From contig NC_067403.1 in assembly GCF_016432865.1 (NCBI RefSeq), positions 252,464,001-252,528,000 of the forward strand: a DNA stretch of 64,000 nt, in the 5' to 3' direction. Of this stretch, positions 32,801-44,499 are shown in pieces; position 1 is the stretch's first letter; every line of letters starts with the position of its first letter. The position numbers were made by a program, and so were the translations under genes. Below the pieces are notes generated by a model. That model was not told the DNA's origin. It worked only from the letters and a program-made list of their open reading frames with translations, and ran no database searches. The stretch is from Antechinus flavipes. Lineage: Eukaryota.

Positions 32801-35800
32801 TACTTATATTTGCAGGATGGTCCACAAGGACTCTGGATTGGCCCATGTTTCAGGAATACATTTAGATAGATAAGATCTGAACACTTCCACTGCCCCCTGC
32901 TTGTCTCCAGCAGAGGCTATGAACAATATATGCATTGTTTTGGTCAGCAGAGTATTTAGGCAGCCCTTGAGTGCTGAGACTGTTGCACTTTCTGTTTCTG
33001 CCTCAGTTTCCTTATCTGTAAAATGAGCTGAAGAAGGAAATGGCAAACTACTCCATATCTTTGCCAACAAAACCCAAATGGGGTCACAGAGAGTTGGATG
33101 TGACTTAGTAGGTGCTTAATAATTGCTTGTTGATTGATTCTTTTTTTTTTTTTTTTGCTGAGGCAATTGGGGCTAAATGATTTGCCCAGGGTCACACAGC
33201 CAGAAAGTGTTAAGTGTTTGACACCAGATTTGAACTCAGATCCTCCTGACTTTAGGGTTGGTGCTCTATCCACCTAGCTGTCCCGTATTGACCGATTCTC
33301 ATCCTGGTGTGTCCCTTAACCTCTCCAGACCTCAGTCTTGGTCATCATCTTTACCATCGCCGGCTCAAGGCACCTTACCTGAGTAAACAACAGCAGCACC
33401 GAGGACAGCACTTTTGGATGGCAAGCTTCAGCATGGAGGACACTTGGCTGCCCGTGGGGGGCTTGGTGATGAACAGGGGGCCTGCACAGATGAACACGAG
33501 CAGGGCGAGACCGACACAGACCACGGGGATGATGTAGCCCACCAGGAAACTTATGTTCTGCTGGATGAAGGCCACCACAAACAGGGACAGAACTGCACCC
33601 AGGTTGATACTCCAATAAAACCAATTGAAAAAACGTCGGGTGGCATCTCGTCCCAGGTCCATCACCTACCAGGGAATGAGCGGGGCAGATGTGAGGTGAG
33701 GGGAACATGTGGGGTTTGAAGCCCTCATCTTCAGCTCCAGCGCACCTGCCTTGCTCCATCAACTTTTCTAGAATTCTATTTCCCTCCTTAACTTCTTTCC
33801 CATTTATTTTGTGGTTTGATTTATCTAGTTCTGAGAGAAGGAGGTTGAAATCCCCCACTAGTATAGTTCTGCTATCTAATTCTTCTTGCAGCTCTCTCCA
33901 CTTCTCTAGGAATTTGGATGCTATATCACTTGGTTCATATATGTTCTAGCCCATATTCCTTAAACCACAGAGGCAACATCATGTTGTGGAGACTCTCAAA
34001 GTGTCTATGGAGCATCTCCACATCTGGCATTGGGAGCAGGGAAGACCTGAGAGAGTTCAAATGTCACCTCTGACAGTTACTGTCTTTGCACTATGGGCAA
34101 ACCATTTCATCTCCGTGGTCTTCAAGCCCAGACTAAAGAATTCCTGCAGGACCCAGGATATAGAGCTGCAAAATCTCCAATATCTCATAAGAAAGCTTCT
34201 ACTTAAAAGTCTGCCATTGTAGCAGCTACCATTTTGATAGCTCTCTACAAATATTACCCCACTCAATCCTCACAACCATCCTGGGAGGCAGGTCCCACGA
34301 TTATCCCCATTTTACAGATGGAGAAACTAAGACTGAGAGAAGTGAAGAGCCACACAGCTACTATGAGTCTGAGACAGAATTCGAACTCGGGTCTTGCTGG
34401 ATCAGGTGCTCTTTCCTCTGTGACAGCTGTTATCTTAGCAAAACTTCAGAGAAAAGGGCACGGACCATATCTCTTAGGGTACATCTGGACAACTTCCTCT
34501 TTTGAGCATGTGATTGCATCCAGCTATTAATACCAACCCTCCTACAGTATTTTTATCGCCTCACCCTTTCAGACACTTGGCAAGCCCCCCATAAAGAACA
34601 GCGATCTTTTTGTCCCCTGAGATTAGATTATAGGGACCCTGCTGCTGAGAGTTTATACACTTATAATACTATAGACTATTGACCTCTAACTACTCAGTGA
34701 AAACACTATCTTATTGTTCCATTCAACAGATGAGCAAATTGAGATCTGGAAGGAAAATGACTTGCCCAGAGTGATCATTGCTGGAGCCAGGATTAGAATC
34801 GTCGTGATCTGTTTCCTCTAGAACAGGATGTTTGGGTCATTGGGATGAACAAATCTGCCCACAAGGGAAGCACAAATGCAAGGGGAAGTATGTTGGTCTT
34901 GAAGTCCCAGCCATCTGCAGCCAAATTCTCCCCCTGTCACTTGCCTGTGTGACCTTGGTTACCTTCCTCCATTCCCCTGGCCCTCATCTGGTTCATCCAT
35001 AAAAAAACAGTCTTTGTATTTTCTACCTCACAGTGTGATTGGCAGAAACAGCCCTTCACAGCCATTCACAATTCCACCAACAATGTACCAGTATCCCAGT
35101 TTTCCCACATCCCCTCCAACATTCATAGAAATGTAGTGGGGGGGCCCATGGGGAGGGATGCAGTATCTGTTACAACAACCAAAAAAGCCCTCTTGCTTTG
35201 GGATCCTTGATTGCTCCTCATGATCAGGGGTTTACCTTGAAGATTATTGGCAACTGAGCCAGCATGAGACTCCCCTCAGTAGGCTATACGAAGAGGAGAG
35301 ACTGCTTCTGTTCAGGATATATTCTCAGAATTTTGTGGGGAGGGGGTTTCTCCCATGATCCCCAATGCCCAGGGTGGGTGACAGTTTGGAGCTGGAGTAT
35401 GTCACAATGAGGATCACTAGCATGTGCACGGCTGGGCTTGCTCCCATTCCATTATCATTCTAGTGCTATAAAAATGGCAGTTATCATCCTTTCTACCACT
35501 GACTTTTCAGCTTTCATGCATCTGCAGAATTTGCTCGTAATGAAGAAAAAGCTTGGTAAGACCCCAAAAAGTCTAGAAATACGATTACTAACACCCATAT
35601 TTGCATTTTTCCCATCTGCACAATCATAAATTTAGCTGAGAGAAGCTTCTCTTGAAGGTCGCTCCCCCTTTTCCCACTGGCTCTTGAGTTGATCTCTGAG
35701 AGAACTTTTAGGTCCATACCTGCCATCATTGGCTACAGCTTCATGACTCCTTAGAAATCTGATTCAATTCTTGGGCTACCCTAGGATGTCCAGTGCTAGA

Positions 35801-38800
35801 CCATCAGTTCATAACTCTAGAATGACTTTAATTCTAGACCTTATTTCCAGAAAGAAAACAAGAGCCTGGGTTGCCTCAGAGAGTGGCCAGGAATAGTCCG
35901 AGGTCTTACAGACCTAGATAGATCAGAGGAGAAACTAAGGATATTTAACCCAGTGGAGAGAAGACTTGGAAGGAACATGATTGTCGTCTTCAGGATCTGA
36001 AGGATCGTCCTTTGGAAGAAGGATCAGCTTTGTTCTGTTGGGCCCCAGAAGGCAAAACCAAGAATAATGGAGGTTAGGAAGAATGTGAAAAGCAGCAGAT
36101 TTAGGCTGGATATTGGGAAGAATGGCCGGATTCTTAGTTCAGAATGGATTGGGTTGCCTTGGGAGATGGTGGTTTCCTTTCCAATGGAGCTCTTCAAGTG
36201 GAACAGATTGAGTTCGATGATCCAATCGTAGATCCCCCTCAATTTCAAGATTCCATAATTCTGTGAACTTAACGAAGAAGAAATGGGGGAGGCTCTGGGG
36301 GTGGGAGAGCAGATGGCCTCCGGAAGACAGGGAAGGGCTATGGGAAGACATCTGTGACGCAAACGTAGTGCACATACTAGGCCGATGAAATGAGAATAAC
36401 CGGGGGCTCCTGCTTTGCTCTAGCACACTCCAGTGGGAGGATTTGTGAACCCCAGCAGACCTCCCCTGCCATTTTCTGGTGCTGCATGTGACAAAGCATT
36501 GAAGAACATGTGCTTTGGGATGACTAAACAGATTTCTTCTTGGTTCCTTAGTCCTGTGACAGCAGCAAGTTGACTATCAAGCCATCACTCAGATTTTAAA
36601 AGGAGAGAATTTCTGATGGAAGTGGATTTCTCTGACAAAGAGACCTAACTCCTTTTCAATTGATAAATGATGGACAGAAGCAGCTACACCCAAAGAAAGA
36701 ACACTGGGAAATGAATGTAAACTATTTGCATTTTTGTTTTTCTTCCCGGGTTATTTCTACCTTCTGAATCCAATTCTCCCTGTGCAACAAGAAAACTGTT
36801 CGGTTCTGCAAACATATATTGTATCTAGGATATATGGCAACACATTTAACATATAAAGGACTGCTTGCCATCTTAGGGGAGCGGGTGGAGGGAGCGAGGG
36901 GAAAAATCGGAACAGAAACGAGTGCAAGGGATAATGTTGTAAAAAAAAAAAAATTACCCTGATATGGGTTCTGTCAATAAAAAGTTATTATTAAAAAATA
37001 AATAAATAATTTTTTTTTAAAAAAGGAGAGAATTTCTGCTCTCGTTTTCTTGTTCTTTTGTCCAGAAAATAGTATTCTTTCTTTGTCTCTGTTTATTTCT
37101 CTCCCTCTCTCCTCTCTTTCTCTGTCTGTCTCTTCTCTATATCAGTTTGTGTCTCTCTCTGTCTCTCCATCTCTTCTTTCATTTCTATCTCTTCTCTTTC
37201 CTTCCCCTCCTCTCTCTCTCTTCTCATCTCTCTTTTCATTTCTATCTCTGTTTTCTCTCCTTCTCTCCTCCTCTTTCTTTTATCTCTTTCTCTCTCTCCT
37301 CATCCTTCTTTCCATTTCTATCTCCTTTCTCTCTCTCTCCCTGATGCACACCTAGGATTATTCAAAAGCAGAGGCCATATTTGTCACAGGTCTTCAGGCA
37401 TTTTGGTCTCTCCTTGAAAATCCCAAATGCTATTGAAGACTCCTCCCTGAGATTCCCGAACCAGGGGCAGATGGGTGAGGGCCCTAGTCCTTTCCTTCCA
37501 CCCTGTTTTCAACTCCGGTGAGATGCAGGTGGCTATAATCTAGCACGCTGTAGCTTAACGGTCTCCCGAGATCCAGAGAGAGGGAGAATGGCTTTCCAGA
37601 GCAGTGGTTCTCAAAGTATGGTCTAGAGCAGGGGTCCTCAAACTACAGCCCGCGGGCCAGATGCAGCAGCTGAGGACGATTATCCCCCTCACCCAAGGCT
37701 ATGAAGTTTCTTTATTTAAAGGCCCACAAAACAAAGTTTTTATTTTTACTATAGTCCGGCCCTCCAACAGTCTGAGGACAGTGAACTGGCCCCCTATTTA
37801 AAAAGTTTGAGGACCCCTGCTCTAGAGAATCCTGGGGATCTCTGAAATCCTTTTAGAGGGTCTACAAATTCAAAAATAATTTTTATCTCCAATATGATAA
37901 ATGTTTATCAATATAATCCAGATAAACAAAAATGCTTTGGAGAGATCCTCAATCATTTTTAATAGGATAAAGATACTGAAAACAAAAGTTTGAGAACCAC
38001 TGTTCCAGAGTTACCCAGAGAGGTATTAACGGCAGACCCAGAAGAGCCTGGGTTGTGGCGAGAGTTCTGGTTCTGAGGAGCTAAAGCTTCCTCCCTCACC
38101 TCCTCCTCTATTATTGGGGCTGTCCAAAACTGGAAGCAGGCTACCTTTTGACCTAGGGCCCAAGTTCATCTCCTGCCACTTCCCCTGTGGACTCTTAGCT
38201 TTGCTTGGAGGCCCAGCAGAACAAGCTCATTGTCCTCCAAAGGCCAGCCCTCAGGGGTCCACATCCCTTCAGGCTCCCTTTTCTCCTACTTAAACATTTT
38301 CAGTTCTTCCACGACCCCCCCTCCCCCCCCCCCCCAGCCTGGACTTGAGAGCTACTGGACTTCCCAGCTGTCCACCTCTGACCGTCTCCCAGTTGGCGAT
38401 TCCTCTGAAGCCCCAGCAAGATGGCAAGAGAAGACAGATCACTTTTTCCCAGAACCATTTCCTGTTTTTCTTGGGACACTAAAGACACAGGTGGGTGTGG
38501 GACTGCTGGTATCAGCTTGACCGGCTCTCTAAACCAGCCTTTTTCCAGTGTCTCTCGCCTCCTCCCACTCCGCAGGGTGGTCTGAGCAGCCAGCCCCAGA
38601 ACTGGCCACTGTCACTTTGGCCAGACTCCCCCCAATGTGCCAGGCCACAGAGCCTGGGTGCGTCCTCCCATGCTACTTAGAAATGTTCAGTAAATGAGGG
38701 GCAGCTGGGAAGCTCAGTGGGTAAAGCCCTGATTTCAAATCCGTCGTCTCTGAACGAGTCATTTAAAAATAAAAAGGAACAAGAAATGTTGTCACTTTGG

Positions 38801-39617
38801 TCTTTCCCACAGGGTGGCCAAACTCCCCACGATATGTCAGGCCACAGAGCCTGGGCACCTCCTCCCATGCTTCTTAGAAATGTTCAGTAAATGAGGGGGA
38901 ACTGGGTAGCTCAGTGGATAAAGCCCCGATTTCAAATCTATTGTCCCTGAATGAGTCACTTTTTAAAAATGAAAGGAACAAGAAATGTTTAGTGGATGTA
39001 GGCCACAGTGGATGTAAGTCTCCCGCCCAAGGATCCCCCCCACCCCCAGTCCCAGCCTTGATTCTTCTTACCTGGTCAGCCCCGAAAGAGGTGAGGTTGG
39101 CCTTCACTGAGCTGATGCCCAGGGCCAGCAGCAGGAGCCCCCCGTACATGGTGGGCGCGCAGTAGGGACTGGAAGACTCCTTCTGGCAGTCCTGGCCGGA
39201 GCAGGGGGGCTGGATGACGAAGGTGGGCATCCCCCCGCAGAAGGACTGGCGGCCATCGGAGAAGGCGGTGAGGGGCAGCAGGCAGGAGGCCCCGGCGTAG
39301 ATGAGCAGGCTGGTGATGATGGTGGTGTAGCGGCCCAGGTAGACGTCCGCCAGCCAGCCTCCGATGGGGGACAGCAGATAGGAAGCCCCCAGGAAGACCA
39401 GGGCGGCACGGGTCGCCTGCTCGCCATCCCAGTTGAAGTTGAAGCTGTTGAGGTAGAGCACCAGGTTGGAGGAGATGCCGAAGAAGGAGGCTCGTTCCAG
39501 CATCTCTGCCAGGAGCACCGCGGCACAGGCAGCCCGGCGGTGGCCCAGCGCTGCGCGGCTTCTCGACGAGGGGCCCAGCAGGGGCCTCTGCTCTCCGGGC
39601 ACTCCATTGCCAGCCAT
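23806..39617 (-). CDS. SLC15A3: Solute carrier family 15 member 3 (PHT2, lysosomal peptide/histidine transporter); complement join(39072..39617,33379..33665,30574..30721,29259..29375,27306..27474,25427..25585,24410..24568,23806..23960), 579 aa
   Basis: Eight exons with GT-AG junctions sum to 1740 nt in frame. It has the N-terminal dileucine motif EQRPLL, the POT-family ExxER motif (EMLER), and [70 protein letters not shown] and [19 protein letters not shown], all matching human SLC15A3. Confidence 0.95.
25720..27055. repeat. 29-bp minisatellite in SLC15A3 intron 5, about 45 copies
   Basis: Unit tcctgagctccatcaccctgtgccccgtg; period 29 between 26161 and 26190. Confidence 0.95.
28400..28790. 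repeat. Degenerate ~33-bp tandem repeat, possibly MIR/Mar1-derived
   Basis: actaacattccctgttctaaggtccctcctaac-like units, about 11 copies. Confidence 0.7.
29694..29824. repeat. 43-bp tandem repeat, 3 copies
   Basis: cagccccttaatgtggacagtaggattcgaacccaggatcac at 29704, 29747 and 29790. Confidence 0.85.
29900..30472 (+). mobile_element. L1 ORF2 fragments: an older endonuclease-region piece plus a nested internal fragment (30170-30436)
   Basis: [10 protein letters not shown]-like endonuclease segment near 29970-30090. The nested piece translates to [22 protein letters not shown]...[13 protein letters not shown], which is L1 ORF2. Confidence 0.75.
31110..31925 (+). mobile_element. 5'-truncated marsupial L1 (ORF2 C-terminus, 3'UTR, poly-A)
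   Basis: Translates to [42 protein letters not shown]..., followed by a G-rich 3'UTR and an A-rich tail. Confidence 0.9.
32050..32750 (+). mobile_element. Ancient L2 LINE fragment
   Basis: Degenerate L2-like 3' sequence (gttcagaccctcattttctctcacttggattattacaatggcttcc). Confidence 0.55.
33140..33283 (-). mobile_element. WSINE1-like tRNA-derived SINE
   Basis: Poly-T followed by the reverse complement of gggacagctaggtggatagagcacc...gagttcaaatctgg...cttaacac...gaccctgggcaaatcatttagccccaattgcctcagc. Confidence 0.75.
33760..33945 (-). mobile_element. L1 ORF2 endonuclease-region fragment
   Basis: Minus-strand translation [33 protein letters not shown]. Confidence 0.8.
35880..36270 (+). mobile_element. 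Ancient CR1/L3 LINE 3' fragment
   Basis: Degenerate similarity to the CR1/L3 3' end (tttaggctggatattgggaagaat). Confidence 0.5.
36640..37022 (+). mobile_element. Marsupial L1 3'UTR with poly-A
   Basis: Same 3'UTR family as 31550-31925 (gatggacagaagcagctacacccaaaga...gtcaataaaaagttatt), ending in an A-rich tail. Confidence 0.88.
37602..38002. mobile_element. hAT-Charlie MITE interrupted by the nested element at 37629-37819
   Basis: TIRs CAGTGGTTCTCAAA / TTTGAGAACCACTG with a perfect 8-bp TSD TTCCAGAG (37594-37601 and 38003-38010). Confidence 0.85.
37629..37819 (+). mobile_element. 191-bp non-autonomous hAT element, OC1 (OposCharlie1)-like
   Basis: TIRs CAGGGGTCCTCAAACT / AGTTTGAGGACCCCTG and an 8-bp TSD gTCTAGAG/cTCTAGAG. 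The family name is from the recalled TIR sequence. Confidence 0.85.
38610..39000. repeat. Diverged ~197-bp tandem duplication in SLC15A3 intron 1
   Basis: ggccacagagcctggg...cttagaaatgttcagtaaatgagggg...ggaacaagaaatgtt at 38643 and 38840. Confidence 0.85.
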
Positions 39618-40671
39618 GGCTCCCACGGGGCTGCCTTCTGGCCCTTCCTTCCCCTCCGACTCCTTCTTACCCTTTCATCCTTCCTGCCTGCCCTCCTCTG
39701 CCTCTAACCAGCTTCTCTCTGCCCCTCTCCTTGCTCCCACTGTTTCTTTCCCCCTTCCCCTCTCTCTCTTTTCTTCCTCCTGTCTGCTCCCACTCTTTCT
39801 TTCCCCCCTTCCGCTCCCTCCTGTCTGCTCCCACTCTTTCTTTCCCCCCCTTCCTCTCCCTCCTGTCTGCTCCCACTCTTTCTCCTCTGGTTCTCCTTTC
39901 CCTTCCCGCTTCCCCCACCCCCTGTCTCTGTCCCGAGTGGCCCTGGCTCAGTGGCGGCTCCCTCTAGCTCTCTCCCTGCTCCCCATGCAGCCCTCCAGCC
40001 CGGTCTAGCTCCCCAGTCCCTGGAGCGCCCTGGAGCCCTGTCTCTGTGTGACCCTCTGGGCTCTGTGTGTGTGTATTCTCCTCACTTCCCCTTTTCCTCC
40101 CAAACCAATATCATCACATGATGTTCCCTGACAAGAAATGAAAGTCAGAGGCAGAGCTGCTGACCTATTCAGCTTTCTAAATCCTCCTTCCTGCCGGATT
40201 CCCCTTCTCCTCCCCCACCGCCCCCCCCTCCAGCTGCTGGAGGCCAAAGCCAAACTGAACTCATCCACTTTCGTTTCTCCTGCTCCTGACCCTCCCCACC
40301 TCCCCCCACAACAAACAAACTGCTATTTCCTCACATCCAAAGACTTGCCTTGACTTGCAGCTAAGTCTCCTCAAGCCGGTTTTCCCTTCCTGGAGCCTCA
40401 GTTTCCCTCTCTATAAAATAGAGGCTTGGGGCTGGCTAATCCCTAATGTCCCTTCACATCCTTATGTGGAGCCCTATGTGAGGTGCTATGAGAGGACAGA
40501 GAAAATCAGGAGCTGTGGGTTTCTGAAACTTTCCTTTTGAGGAAGAGTCCAGAAAAATGGAAAGGAGCTAAAATCAGGACAAAGAGAGCTAGACTTGGGC
40601 CAGGTTGTCATGGCTTTGTGACTGTGAGCAGATCGCTTCTTTGGTTTTCTCTCTTGGGAAATAAGTTGGGG

Positions 40672-40847
40672 GTTGCCCACTGTCACCGTTACTATTTAAT
40701 ATTGTATTAGAAATGCTAGCTTTGGCAATAAGAGTTGAGAAAGAGATTAAAGGAATAAGAACAGGCAATGAGGAAACCAAAGGATCACTCTTTGCTGATG
40801 ATATGATGGTCTACTTAGAGAACCCCACAGATTCGACTAAAAAGTTA
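40672..40847 (+). mobile_element. Internal L1 reverse-transcriptase fragment with an 18-bp TSD
   Basis: Encodes [52 protein letters not shown] and is flanked by ttgggaaataagttgggg at 40654-40671 and 40848-40865. Confidence 0.88.
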
Positions 40848-41269
40848 TTGGGAAATAAGTTGGGGAGGGGGGCGTGGGGTGTGGAGGGAGGAGAGGGGTT
40901 GTCCCAGCTGGTGGCCGAGATGTCCTCCAGCTCTGATGTCCTGGGAACAGGAAGACCTGGGCTTGAGTCTCAGCTCTAGCGCTTATCAGAGCCCGGGGGC
41001 TTCTGGGAGTCTCAGTTTCCTCGCCTGTAAACAAAAAGGCAAAGGGAGCTGGAAGGATCAGATGAGGAAATGCACTTAAAAGGCCACATGAACATGGCTT
41101 GTCTGCCAGGACTAAGAGCAAGCCTCCATGCTCAAGCCAACGAGTCACAGAATCGCAGCCTCTGGCTGGCAAAACCTCAGTGTCCAGCTAAGCCCTAGAA
41201 CAACAGCAAGTGGCCGGTCATCCAGGAACAGACCAGCACCCACTCTATTCCAGGCCACCCATTTGCTTC

Positions 41270-41407
41270 AGCTGGTAGCTGTTCTGCAGTGGGTAGAGCC
41301 CTGAAGTCAGGAGGACCTGAGTTCAAATCTAGTCTCAGACACTTAACACGTCCCAGCTGTGTGACCCTGGGCAAGTCACTTAACCCCAATTATCTCAGGG
41401 GAAAAAT
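41270..41407 (+). mobile_element. WSINE1-like SINE
   Basis: gagccctgaagtcaggaggacctgagttcaaatc...cttaacac...gaccctgggcaagtcacttaaccccaatt. Confidence 0.75.
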
Positions 41408-42049
41408 ATTTGAACCAAGAAGCAAGTTCAAATCTGCTCTCAGATATTTACTAGCTGTGTGACCTTTAATGAGTCACTTCACAAAACAGGACTAAGTGGC
41501 GTTCCCAGGGTCACATTTGAACTCAGATCCTCCTTATTCCAGGATCTATGCTTTATCCGCTGCAGCGCCACCTAGCTGCCCTTCTTTGTAAAATAAGGAC
41601 TTTCAATCAGGAGTCCCTAAAGTCTGTTCCAGTTCTAAATCCTATAATCCTGTGAATTGAATCGATGATGAGTAAGAGACAAGTTAAGTCCTCAAGGGGA
41701 TCTGCTGGAGAGGAAAGACCAGGACATAAATAATGATTACTCAAGTAGCATTCATGAAACATATCAATGTTTCTGGACCATACAAAGACAAAAATGAAGC
41801 AGTTCTTCGTCCTCAAAGAACAAATGAATGGGAAAAAATATATAGTTTTTGCCAAGCCCTGTACTAAGGAATGGGGATATATACAAAACCGAATCCCTGT
41901 CATTGAGCATTCTACTTTCTAATCAAGAAAGATAATACATAGAGGAGAGAGTTGTGACCAGAACTGGGTCATGGGTCTAGAAAGCCATAGTTGACTGAAG
42001 TCAGAGAGGAGTAGATTGATGTACTTTTTCCAAGAGTAATAATAACAGA

Positions 42050-42225
42050 CTCTAATATATTTAACATGTATTGGTCATCCTGCCATTTTGGAGAAGGGGC
42101 GGGGGAAGGAGGGGAAAAATTGGAACAAAAGATTTGGCAATTGTCAATGCTGTAAAATTACCCATGCATATAACTTGTAAATAAAAAGCTATAATTTAAA
42201 AAAAAAAAGAAAAGGAAAAAAAAAG
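42050..42225 (+). mobile_element. L1 3' end with poly-A
   Basis: tatatttaacatgtattgg...ggggaaaaattggaacaaaag...aataaaaagctat followed by an A tail. Confidence 0.75.
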
Positions 42226-42499
42226 AGTAATAATAACAGTTTGCATTTATATAGCCTATTAGGGTTTGCAAAGTGCTTTACAAATATCTCATTTGATCCT
42301 CACAACAACACTGGGAGTTGGCGCTTTTATTATTCCCATTTTACAAATGAGAAAACTGAGGTTTAGAGAGCCAATGACTTGCCCAGAAACATACAACTAA
42401 TAAATGTAATTTATTCAAACTCATCTTCCTGATCCTAAGATCTAAATTTCTAGTCACGGCAGTATTGATTTGATTATGTTTCCAGGACTGGAAAGGGAC

Positions 42500-43900
42500 G
42501 GAAAGGAAGACTATCCTGAATAAGGCAGGTCAGAGGCTATTAAATGTTGCTGATGATCTACTTGTGTCTGGGAGAGGGAAGGAGAGAACAGGTGTCTAGA
42601 TAAGCATGGTGGTTCTGTGCATATTACATATTCAGAAAGGAAAGAATCAAGGAGGTGACTCTTGAACTGAAAGAATCCGAGGATCCAAGTGCGAACTAGA
42701 GATGGATGAAGCGTGGGATTTAGGGAACAGAGTCCTTAAGGAGAGTGGTTTGAGAGAAGACTGGAAAGGTGGATCCGAACCAGCCCTGGAAGGGACATAA
42801 ATGCCAAGAGTCTGCATTTTAATGTGTGGGTAATGGAAAATCGCTCTCAAGGAGGAGTGACATCTTAGGAAGATCATTTTGGCAGGGGATGGATGGAAGA
42901 GGGGAACGAGGGGAGAAGAGCAATCAGTTCTAGTGCTCCAAGGGAGGGGTGATCAGCATCCACATTGAGAAGATGGCCCCGTGAGGGTAGAAGAGGGATG
43001 GCTGTGATAGGTGATGTGAAGGCAAGGTGGATAAAATCTGGCTGATTTATTGGCTATAAGGGTACAGGAGAGAGAAGAGGTGAAGATGACTTGGGGTTTA
43101 TGGATCTGGGTGGTCTCAAAAGCCATCAGGTCCAACCTTGTAAAGAAAGTGAGACCCAGAGAGCAAAAGAGATTTACCTAAAACTAGATGGGTAGTAAGT
43201 GGCAGAGTCAGCATTTGAATCTAGCACCTCTATCTTCAAAAACAGTTCTCTATCCAATGTTCCATGGATAGGAGAGCCTTCACCAGAAGTAGGGGAGTTT
43301 GGTAGAGATGGCTATTCTGATGCCTGGAAGTCTGGAGGTGACTTAAAGTTGAATAAGTTGAGCTAAATGAGTTTAGTTTGGGACATGTTGAGTTTGCCAT
43401 ATCTGAATACAAAGTCTCTAGTTTGAAATGTCTATTAGGCATTCAGTAATTCAGGATTGGGATTCAGGAGAGAAATCAGAGCTGGATGCAGAGATTTGGA
43501 GCCACCTAAATGAAGAACCCCCTCGGGAGTCCATGAATTCATCAAAAAGCGGTATATTCAGAGAAGATTGCCAAGGAGAAAGCTTTAGAGTACAACCACA
43601 GCCAGGGATGGGGGACATGGATGATGAGCCGGCAAACAGGAGTGGTCAGATTGGCAAGAGAAGGACCAAGAGAACAAGTCATAGAAACTCAGAGAGTGTC
43701 CAGAAGAAGGAAGGGGTCAATTAGGTCCAAGGCAGCATAGAGTTCAAGAAGAATGAGGAATGAGAAAAGGCTTCTGGGTTTGACAAGGAAGAGATGATTG
43801 GTGCCTCCGGAGACAGCCCTTTCGGCAGCGAGGAGGTCCCAGTTTCCCAGCTGCCGTGGTTTGATTAGGTGTGAGGACATCAAGGTCATCCGTGGTCATC
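42500..43900 (-). mobile_element. Ancient L2 fragments
   Basis: Degenerate L2-like antisense sequence (gagtttagtttgggacatgttgagttt..., gaagagatgattggtgcc). Confidence 0.5.
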
Positions 43901-44499
43901 CATTGAATTTTGATGATTCTGAGAGAAAGGCTGACAACTCTAAGCTATTCTGCTTCTCTTAAATCCAACTCACACACAAATCAATACATCACTCATGAGT
44001 GTCGTGCTGCTATTGATCTTTGAAACCGAAGGAACCCCACCGCAGTCACCACAACAGAACTCGCAAGAAAGCCCAAGAGAGCAAACTCTGTGGAGTCCAA
44101 GGCAGGATAGCTCTTTCCCGAAGAGGGGTGACCACGAAGACTTCCAGGAGTGACAGTGGGGTTGGCCCTGGAAAGTTGCAGAGGATTTGAATGGATGAGA
44201 ACTAAGAGCAGTAGGGGAAAGTGGGAAAGAGATGAATTTAGATTTGTGTCAAGAAGAGATTTCTAATCATCTGAACTTCTATAAATAGAATGGGAAACTG
44301 GGAGAGCCGGTGGATTCCCTGGCACTGGAGATCTTCAGGCACGGTCTGCAAAATCACTTGTTGAGGGTGTTATAGGAATCCTTCTTCAGCTGTATGTGGG
44401 AACAGTAATAATAACAACAGAGATAACAATAGCAAGTATTTATATAGTGCTTTAGGGTTTGCAAAGGGCTTCACATGTGTACTTACCAACACTGACATT

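Noticed and set aside
33760-33945. A third TSD-flanked internal L1 insertion
   Set aside because: It is an internal L1 fragment, but only a 6-bp ttctag match flanks it, too weak to call a TSD.
41270-41407. tRNA gene-like A/B boxes (also at 33140-33283 and 58497-58662)
   Set aside because: They continue into SINE body sequence and A/AAT tails, so they are SINE heads, not tRNA genes.
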